This document shows positions 57,262 to 64,000 of a stretch of DNA of 64,000 nt, one piece after another. Source of the DNA: an uncultured Candidatus Saccharibacteria bacterium. Its GTDB lineage: Bacteria; Patescibacteriota; Minisyncoccia; Phycocordibacterales; UBA5272. The first letter of the stretch is position 1; the number at the start of each line of letters is the position of its first letter. The DNA lies in the NCBI GenBank assembly GCA_964464695.1, contig CAYXKW010000001.1:36810-100809 (forward strand). The letters are read 5' to 3'. The notes under the pieces were generated by a model. That model was given only the letters and a program-made list of their open reading frames with translations. It made no database searches and was not told the DNA's origin. Both the position numbers and the translations under genes were made by a program.

Positions 57262-57486
57262 CTAACGAATTACAAGTGGGTAGAGAATGGAGGCAACAAA
57301 CAATATCGCAACAACAATAGTTAAGCGATGCAGAGTTTTCTCTACTCCTCGTTTTTCGAGCGCTGCCCCTGATCCACCATCTGCACCAAAAGCGCCTGAA
57401 GCATCAGTGTTCGCTCTTTGTACTAGAACAAGAGTGGTGAGGAGAATCGCTAATAATACTCGCACAATAGATAGCAATTGAAACAT
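57262..57486 (-). CDS. secG: Preprotein translocase subunit SecG
   Basis: 74 aa, two TM helices flanking a Gly-rich loop (SGAFGADGGSGAALE). LVLVQRA motif. Confidence 0.75.
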   Translation of the reverse strand: MFQLLSIVRVLLAILLTTLVLVQRANTDASGAFGADGGSGAALEKRGVEKTLHRLTIVVAILFVASILYPLVIR

Positions 57487-57589
57487 GTAGAATATTCTAT
57501 CATATTATTAAAAGTTCTGCAAAATGGTAAGAAAACAACTTTTTAGGTTTATGTATTTAGTAAATTCTCTGCACCTTTTTATGCTGTAA

Positions 57590-60500
57590 CTAAGTAGCTA
57601 CTTCCAATTTTTTAACCTCATCAATTACAAGGGTCTTCTCGTTATTTCTTGTTGAAACCTTACCGCGGACAACTAAGGGTATATCAATAATTAAAAGCTC
57701 TCTATATTTTTTGTAAGTTTCTGGGAAAATAGCAACCTCAATGTATCCTGTGTAATCGCGTAATTTAAGTAACCCCATCTTGTCTCCTTTTTTTGTGACA
57801 GTTACTTTAATTGCCTCAATAATAACCGCTAAGGAGACCTCTTTGCCATCAGGGGTCGCAGTGTGCACTTTTTCAATGTCGATATTTCTTGCAATAATTT
57901 TTTCTTTCCAAGGGTCAAGAGGAAACCCAGAAACAAAAAGTCCAAGCAGATCCTTTTCCCAAATTAGTTTTTGCTTCTGAGTAGCAGAGGCTACTTTTTT
58001 CATTGTAAATGATGCATCAACACTAATTTCAAAAAGACTATTCTGTAACATATTGTCTTTAACGACATGTTTATGAAACTCAAGAATACTTTCTACGTTT
58101 GCAAGAATTTCATTTCGTTCTGCAAATTGATCGAGTGCCCCACACATAGTAAGTGCCTCCAAAGATTTTTTGTTTAAATTCTTATGAGTGATTCTTCTTA
58201 TAAAATTTTCAAATGATATAAATTCACCAGAAGTTTTTCTTTCAGTAATAATGGCATCAGCAATATCAACCCCGAGATTTTTAATAGTATACAAACCAAA
58301 GCGAATTTCTTCTTTTCCATTTTTATCAAGCACTATACTAAATCCACCCTCACTAAAGTTCACATTAGGCGGTAGGATTGCAATTCCCATTCTTTTGCAC
58401 TCTGTAACAATCTCAGAGATCTTATCTATGTCGCCACTTTCATTTGTTAAGATTGCTGTCATGTAGGCAACTGGAAAATTAGCTTTCATGTAGGCTGTTT
58501 GGTAGGCAACTCGACCATAACTTGCAGCGTGAGCTTTATTGAAGCCGTATGCAGCAAATGGCTCGATGAGTGACCAGAGTTGTTGCCCTTTCTTTGTAGA
58601 CAAACCGTGTTCTTGGAAACCTTGTAAAAGTTTTTCCTTTTGAGCTTGCATTTCTGCGGGAATTTTTTTACCCATAGCTTTTCTCAGTTTGTCTGCTTCA
58701 AGCCATGAGTAACCAGCTAAGTGAATAGCAATAAGCATCACATCATCTTGGTACACAATAACACCGAAAGATTGATCGAGAATAGGTTCGAGGCGGGGGT
58801 CAAGATAGGTAACTAGTTCCGGGTTATGTTTTCGTTGAATGTAATCAGGTATCATTTCAAGTGGGCCAGGACGGTACAGCGCCACCATCGCATTAATGTC
58901 GAAAATTGTACTAGGTTTTAGTTCTTTCAAAAACCTAGTCATCCCAGAGCCGTTTAGTTGGAAGAGACCCATAGTCTCTCCTCGCGCTAACATTGAAAAA
59001 GTTTTCTCATCAGATAAGGAGACGGTCTCTATATCAACAGTGATATCGTAACGCTCTTTAGTAAGAGAAATGGCGTCACCTAAAATAGTTAAGTTTCGTA
59101 TTCCTAGGAAGTCAAATTTAAGTAACCCCGCATCTTCAATCGTGTACATGTCATACTGAGTGATCACTTTCCCTCCTTTAGGGTCTTTTTGAATGGGAGT
59201 AAAGTCCCATAACGGTGAAGGGGATATTACAGTTCCTGCCGCATGAACTGAGATGTGTCTAGCACACCCTTCCACCTTTTGTGCCATATCTAGAATTTCT
59301 TGAGTTTCTCGGTCAGTGTCATAGAGTTCCTTTAGTTCAGGAATTTCAAGAAGAGCTCCTGCAATGGTTACAGGAAAGCCTTGCTTTGGAGGTGGTATCA
59401 TTTTACTAATTCGGTCACCCACCATATATGGATACTTCATGGCTCGTGCGACATCCCTTACTGCACCACGAGCCATCATGGTACCAAAAGTTCCAATTTG
59501 AGCAACGTTATCAATGCCGTATTTTCTTCTAGCATAGTCAATTACTTCATCTCTTCTGGTGTCAGCATAGTCCATATCTATATCAGGTGCAGATGGCCGT
59601 TCAGGGTTTAGGAAACGCTCAAAGGGGAGCTTGTAAGCTAGTGGGTCACACTTAGTAACTTGAAGAAGATACGTAACTAATGACCCTGCCACAGATCCTC
59701 GAATATTCGTCAAGATATTATTTTCTCGAGCATATCTTAGTAAGTCGTATACAACAAGAAAATAAGGTGAGTAGCCTTTATCTGCAATAACTTTTAGTTC
59801 GTAGTCTAAGCGTTTTTTTACAACATCAGTTAACTCAAGGTTACGAACAGAAAGTCCAGAGTAAGCAAGTTCAGTAAGATCCTCGTTATAACTTTTTACA
59901 AATTCAATTGCAGGGAACACCCACTGGCCCAAAGGAATCTCTAGGTTACAGAGTTCCGAAATTTTAATTGTATTTTCAAGAGCCTCAGGAATATCTTGAA
60001 ATTCACTTAAAGTAGAATCAGTCTCAAATGAAAAGTTATCCTTTAGAAAGAAGTGGTTGTACTCATCAAGAGAGTGTTCTTCTCCACTAACCAAGTAAAG
60101 AATTTTTTGAGCCGGTTTATCTTGTTTGTTAAGGTAATGAGTATTCCATGTTGCGACAAGAGGGGTGTTGGATTTTTTCGCTAAAGCAATTGTCCTCGAT
60201 CTAATTTCTGAGTAGTCTTCAAAATTAGTTTGAGGGTTAATTTCAAGATAGTAGAAGTCTGGAAAGTGTGTCTTATAAAATTGAAGTCTTTGCTCAGCTA
60301 ATCTTTCATCAATGAGCAAAAGACTACTCACATCTCCCCACAAGCCACCAGAAAGAATAATTAATCCATCTTTATGATTCAAAAGAATTTCATCTGTTAA
60401 AACAGGATCAACCGGGTTATCTATGTTTACAAGTGACGTAATCCTCATTAAGTTCTTATACCCTGAAAGATCTTTCGCTAGAATCACTATTTGAAAACGT

Positions 60501-60718
60501 CTTTCATTATAGAAAATAGAAAATTCGACACCAATTATTGGCTTAATTTTTTCCTTAAGACAGGTACTAAAAAAATCAATTGTCCCATACATGTTACTGT
60601 AATCAGTTAATGCCACAGCAGACATGCCGGCACTTTTTGCCTCTTTAATTAAATCTGGGATTTTAGGTAGGGCTCTTAATAAAGAAAAATGGGAGTGATT
60701 TCGTAGGTGAACAAACAT
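57590..60718 (-). CDS. dnaE: DNA polymerase III alpha subunit
   Basis: PHP domain HLRNHSHFSLL. Polymerase palm, fingers and OB domains. Start taken at MFVHLRNHSHF (60718); the ORF track extends to 60754. Confidence 0.95.
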   Translation of the reverse strand: MFVHLRNHSHFSLLRALPKIPDLIKEAKSAGMSAVALTDYSNMYGTIDFFSTCLKEKIKPIIGVEFSIFYNERRFQIVILAKDLSGYKNLMRITSLVNIDNPVDPVLTDEILLNHKDGLIILSGGLWGDVSSLLLIDERLAEQRLQFYKTHFPDFYYLEINPQTNFEDYSEIRSRTIALAKKSNTPLVATWNTHYLNKQDKPAQKILYLVSGEEHSLDEYNHFFLKDNFSFETDSTLSEFQDIPEALENTIKISELCNLEIPLGQWVFPAIEFVKSYNEDLTELAYSGLSVRNLELTDVVKKRLDYELKVIADKGYSPYFLVVYDLLRYARENNILTNIRGSVAGSLVTYLLQVTKCDPLAYKLPFERFLNPERPSAPDIDMDYADTRRDEVIDYARRKYGIDNVAQIGTFGTMMARGAVRDVARAMKYPYMVGDRISKMIPPPKQGFPVTIAGALLEIPELKELYDTDRETQEILDMAQKVEGCARHISVHAAGTVISPSPLWDFTPIQKDPKGGKVITQYDMYTIEDAGLLKFDFLGIRNLTILGDAISLTKERYDITVDIETVSLSDEKTFSMLARGETMGLFQLNGSGMTRFLKELKPSTIFDINAMVALYRPGPLEMIPDYIQRKHNPELVTYLDPRLEPILDQSFGVIVYQDDVMLIAIHLAGYSWLEADKLRKAMGKKIPAEMQAQKEKLLQGFQEHGLSTKKGQQLWSLIEPFAAYGFNKAHAASYGRVAYQTAYMKANFPVAYMTAILTNESGDIDKISEIVTECKRMGIAILPPNVNFSEGGFSIVLDKNGKEEIRFGLYTIKNLGVDIADAIITERKTSGEFISFENFIRRITHKNLNKKSLEALTMCGALDQFAERNEILANVESILEFHKHVVKDNMLQNSLFEISVDASFTMKKVASATQKQKLIWEKDLLGLFVSGFPLDPWKEKIIARNIDIEKVHTATPDGKEVSLAVIIEAIKVTVTKKGDKMGLLKLRDYTGYIEVAIFPETYKKYRELLIIDIPLVVRGKVSTRNNEKTLVIDEVKKLEVAT

Positions 60719-60769
60719 ATATGCAATAGTGTAACAAAACAGCGACTTTTGCACACATAATAACTTTAG

Positions 60770-61445
60770 GTTAAATAAATCGCAATATTCTAAGGCAACA
60801 TGATTACTTTTAGTAAAATGCTTAAAAATTTCTTTAGATTTTAAATATTGTGTTAGTTAAAATAATTTAAATTAAATAATATAATACAATACTATTTTAA
60901 TAATTAGATAAAACAGAATGTATAAATATTGAAAAAAATATCAAAATAAAATCACAAAAATGGGGGAATATTTCATTCATCAAGGATCTATTGGATCACT
61001 CGCTTAGTAGTTGCGTATTTCTTACAGTTTACAGTAATCTCTGTAAACATTTTGTTATTTTAAAGGTTTGTATCTATTTTTAAACAGATAAGGTTAGTCA
61101 ATATTATTTTGCATATACGCATGCAATATAAGCATATTTAACTATTAGAATATAATTAATAGTTAAATATTATAAAGTTAATTTTAATTTTTATCTTAAT
61201 TATTTTATAGATAATCGCCTTTGTTTTTATTTAATTTAAGCTATTTATTTTGATCTATTTTTTTTATGATTTTTTTATCATTTTTATTTTTATTTTTAAA
61301 TTTGTATTTTTAATTTTATAATCATTTTTTTAACAAAATAGCTTTTTATTACATGGTTTTTTTAATTGTACTTTATCCACAATTTAATATGATTTTGATA
61401 TGTACTTAGCTTGTATATTTACTATACTGAAGAGCATAAAACTTC
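60770..61445. promoter_or_regulatory. About 690-bp extremely AT-rich (about 85%) intergenic region at a divergent strand switch: candidate replication origin / divergent promoter region
   Basis: Genes to the left are all minus-strand (51549-60718) and the gene to the right is plus-strand. Contains a perfect DnaA box TTATCCACA at 61373-61381. A second box is 140 bp further at 61521-61529. Confidence 0.35.
61373..61381 (+). promoter_or_regulatory. Perfect DnaA box (TTATCCACA)
   Basis: Exact 9-mer match. A second exact copy is at 61521-61529. Confidence 0.4.
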
Positions 61446-64000
61446 ATGCAAGATCTTCGATCACGAATTGTTCGAAAATTGTATATGGCTGTAGCCCTGT
61501 ACCTCATACAAGCTCTTTCTTTATCCACAGTTTATGCAGCTGTTATTAGCGGTGATTTTGTTGCCTTTCAGGATATTAGAACTGCTAGGATTGCTTCTTT
61601 CCAAACTGAGCCGTACTCTCTACACAAAATAGCTTCTAAGTTAGCTGATCTTTTCAAAGGGGTTTCCAGTGAAGTTGCTTCGGGTAAAAATTTGAATAAT
61701 ATAAATGATGAGTACAGACTCCTGCGGTCACTAAAAAGTAAAGGTTCTTTTTCTGGTTATGGAGCTGACCTCAATCTATTAAAAAGTGAAAGTAGGACTT
61801 TTGATGTTGTTGGTGGTGGATTAGTTTCCTCGGCTTTTATTTCAAATATTTCAAACCTGACAAGTTTTTTTTCAAGTGAGGTATTTTCAAAAAACTTATA
61901 TATAAATAATGATGGGAAAGTATCTGCCCATTATTTTGTTACTCCTTTGATTTCAAAACTAAAACTAGAGTATTCAAGAAACTATGGGCCATTTATTGTT
62001 GGTGCTACAAATGTTGAGGCGTACGGCGGAACACCTAGTCGCCAGTTTGCTTTTTTTGATAAAGCTTCTTTATCGCTCTACTGTAAATCTACTTCTCTCT
62101 TTTCTAGCTTAATCAGTGAGAGATGTGACTATCTTAAAGTAGTCGCAGGACTTTCAGAGAACTCCATTAACAATGATAATCTTTTGGCTGAAGTTATTCC
62201 TACTTCAACCTCTACTCAATCAGTTGTTATACAACCCCAGACTATTTACATTTCAACAAGTACAGTTACCTACATTACGAGGTATGTTTCAGTTCCTGGG
62301 GCAGCCGGTAAGGACGGACGTGATGGAGTTGATGGTAAGGATGGACGTGATGGTTCTGGAGGTGTATTTTTTGCAGTATCTAACAGTACGCCTACTGTAA
62401 CTTCAGGGGGTACTTTTACTACTGGTAATAATGTGACTCTTTCAAGTTCAACGTTAAATGGCTTGAGTGTGTTTAACGGTGATGCCATCTTCAACAGTAA
62501 CTTAACAGTGAACGGTAGCTCTACTTTTGCAACTACGACTTTCTCTGGTTTGGCAACATTTAACGGAGACGCGCTCTTCGGAGGTAATGTTACTGTTAAT
62601 AATATTACCGTAACAGGTGTAGCTACTATTGCTACTTCTACTATTGATAGTCTTAAATTGAATGGTTCACTTTATGACGTAGATAATAGCGCTGGTTCAT
62701 TGGGGCAAGTTCTCACTAGTAATGGTACTTCGACATATTGGGCACATGTCACTAAAACTATTATAGGTGGTTCTGCTACTGGATCTACATTCTACTGGAA
62801 CGGTTCAACTTGGATGGAGAATTTAAATGTATTAACAGATGCTTCTGGCAATGTGACCACAAACGGTAATTTGGTTGTGAATGGCAACTTTACAGTTGGA
62901 AGTAGTACTATTGGTAATTTAACTGTTGGGACTTCTTCAATTAACAATGCATTAATTACGAATTTAGATGTTACAAATGCTACTGCAACAAATCTTTTTG
63001 TCCAAAACTTTACTGCAGCTACGGGGACAATATCTGAACTTACTGTTAGTTCTAGTAGTATCTCTAATTTGTTTGGGCAAACAGCAACTTTCGGCAACTT
63101 ACTAAGTACTAACAGCACTTCAACTAATGGATTTTTCACTAACTTAGTTGCGACTGCTCTTAATGCTGTCACTGCAATATTTACGTCTCTTACGGCAACT
63201 AATGCAATATTCACCAACGCAACATCTACCAACCTCTTTTCAACTAGTGGGATATTTAACAGCTTAGTTTCTGGGTTGGCAAATTTTACTAATCTTATAG
63301 TTGGAAACTCAACCACTACTAATGCAATAGTTACCAATTTAACGTCTTCGTCCACTCTCACAAATAGTTTAACGGCAGGAAGTATTCTCACTACTGATTT
63401 TATTAGTACAAATTCTACAAACACAAATTTTGTGGCAACTAATAGTACTAGTTCTAATTCCTATATTTCAACTGGAACAATTTCAAATTTGATTAGCGCC
63501 AATGCTAATCTAACAAATCTCATAAATACTAACGCAACCTCTTCTAATTTGTTTACTACACTTTTGCAAGCGGTAAGTATTATTACTGCTAATTTAACTG
63601 CAACAAATGCAGTTTTAACAAACGCCACTGCAACAAATTTCTACTCCGCAAATGCTTCTTTTGGGGGTATTATTTCTACACTCGCTAACATCACAGATCT
63701 CATTGTAGGAAACTCTACTACTACTAATGCAGTAGCTACCTATCTAACAGCTAACACAGCTACTGTAGGTACTTCTACTATCACAGGTAACCAAACAGTA
63801 GGGGGAACTCTAGGAGTAACAGGTACTTCTACTCTCGCTACTACTACAGCTACTAACCTTGCTGTATCAGGACAAACAACACTTAACACAGCTTCTGCTA
63901 CTAGTATTACTGCTACTAATGCATACCTTACCACTGCTTCTACTACTAACCTTACAGCGGTAAATGCTACTGCTACTAATGCTGCAGTAACTAACCTAAC
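61446..64000 (+). CDS. Giant repetitive surface / tail-fibre-like protein with collagen-like GXY run (5' partial, runs off the window)
   Basis: Open frame from ATG 61446 to the window end, hand-checked with no stops. Absent from the ORF track because unterminated. N-terminal signal anchor. GAAGKDGRDGVDGKDGRDGSGG collagen-like triplets (aa about 282-303). Then hundreds of residues of T/N/A/S-rich quasi-repeats (TNAxxTNL). Confidence 0.7.
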   Translation, partial: MQDLRSRIVRKLYMAVALYLIQALSLSTVYAAVISGDFVAFQDIRTARIASFQTEPYSLHKIASKLADLFKGVSSEVASGKNLNNINDEYRLLRSLKSKGSFSGYGADLNLLKSESRTFDVVGGGLVSSAFISNISNLTSFFSSEVFSKNLYINNDGKVSAHYFVTPLISKLKLEYSRNYGPFIVGATNVEAYGGTPSRQFAFFDKASLSLYCKSTSLFSSLISERCDYLKVVAGLSENSINNDNLLAEVIPTSTSTQSVVIQPQTIYISTSTVTYITRYVSVPGAAGKDGRDGVDGKDGRDGSGGVFFAVSNSTPTVTSGGTFTTGNNVTLSSSTLNGLSVFNGDAIFNSNLTVNGSSTFATTTFSGLATFNGDALFGGNVTVNNITVTGVATIATSTIDSLKLNGSLYDVDNSAGSLGQVLTSNGTSTYWAHVTKTIIGGSATGSTFYWNGSTWMENLNVLTDASGNVTTNGNLVVNGNFTVGSSTIGNLTVGTSSINNALITNLDVTNATATNLFVQNFTAATGTISELTVSSSSISNLFGQTATFGNLLSTNSTSTNGFFTNLVATALNAVTAIFTSLTATNAIFTNATSTNLFSTSGIFNSLVSGLANFTNLIVGNSTTTNAIVTNLTSSSTLTNSLTAGSILTTDFISTNSTNTNFVATNSTSSNSYISTGTISNLISANANLTNLINTNATSSNLFTTLLQAVSIITANLTATNAVLTNATATNFYSANASFGGIISTLANITDLIVGNSTTTNAVATYLTANTATVGTSTITGNQTVGGTLGVTGTSTLATTTATNLAVSGQTTLNTASATSITATNAYLTTASTTNLTAVNATATNAAVTNL

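Noticed and set aside
62270-63934. Minus-strand ORFs of 64-210 aa at the right end
   Set aside because: They lie antisense within the continuous plus-strand giant ORF and consist of low-complexity V/A/T-rich translations of its repeats.

Overview
This reads as a low-GC (roughly mid-30s % by eye), gene-dense bacterial segment with a streamlined, Candidate-Phyla-Radiation/Patescibacteria-like flavour. Supporting signs: a free-standing LAGLIDADG endonuclease, a short IF-2, DUF5671/DUF4349-type membrane proteins, a giant repetitive surface protein, and many low-complexity insertions in housekeeping proteins. The confident backbone is ordinary housekeeping, in this order: RluA-family pseudouridine synthase; rbfA-infB; cysteine desulfurase; an SOD-family protein; clpB; Fur-family regulator with YibE/F; a MinD/CooC-like ATPase; an ArsR-rhodanese-MBL-TauE sulfur cluster; a MacAB-like efflux trio; msrA, rnhB, HIT, a class-II amidotransferase; a NADAR protein and leuS; mltG, a DEDDh exonuclease, uvrA and uvrC; nrdA-nrdB; GNAT, FKBP, a Ddl-like protein, an HhH-GPD glycosylase; then a minus-strand block rsuA-MFS-rnj-SBP-secG-dnaE. 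Two tRNAs are present (Leu-TAG, Tyr-GTA). Six observations stand out. (1) leuS carries a complete Nudix hydrolase domain inserted into the synthetase core, with a NADAR-domain gene immediately upstream. (2) Both tRNA genes are followed by related about 200-bp mini-elements. Each has a hairpin, a GCTGATTAGTAAATCACG motif, a conserved GGAGTTTYGTGACMAAAT tail, and is closed by a partial duplicate of the tRNA 3' end. Each abuts GC-rich (about 50-60%) DNA that looks foreign. (3) There are several further GC-rich patches: a 338-aa gene at 1994-3010, a secreted protein at 6778-7203, an overlapping two-gene cassette at 15670-16393, and a 570-bp non-coding or pseudogene patch between uvrA and uvrC. (4) Short tandem repeats (heptamer CTAAAGG x8; GCTAAA-type motifs) occur in intergenic DNA and as in-frame expansions inside the cysteine desulfurase. 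(5) A 690-bp, about 85% AT region sits at a divergent strand switch and carries two perfect TTATCCACA DnaA boxes; it is a candidate oriC. (6) The right end holds an open-ended giant surface/tail-fibre-like ORF with a collagen-like GXY run. No rRNA, CRISPR array, integrase or transposase was seen. All calls come from reading the sequence and recognising motifs; no database searches were run.
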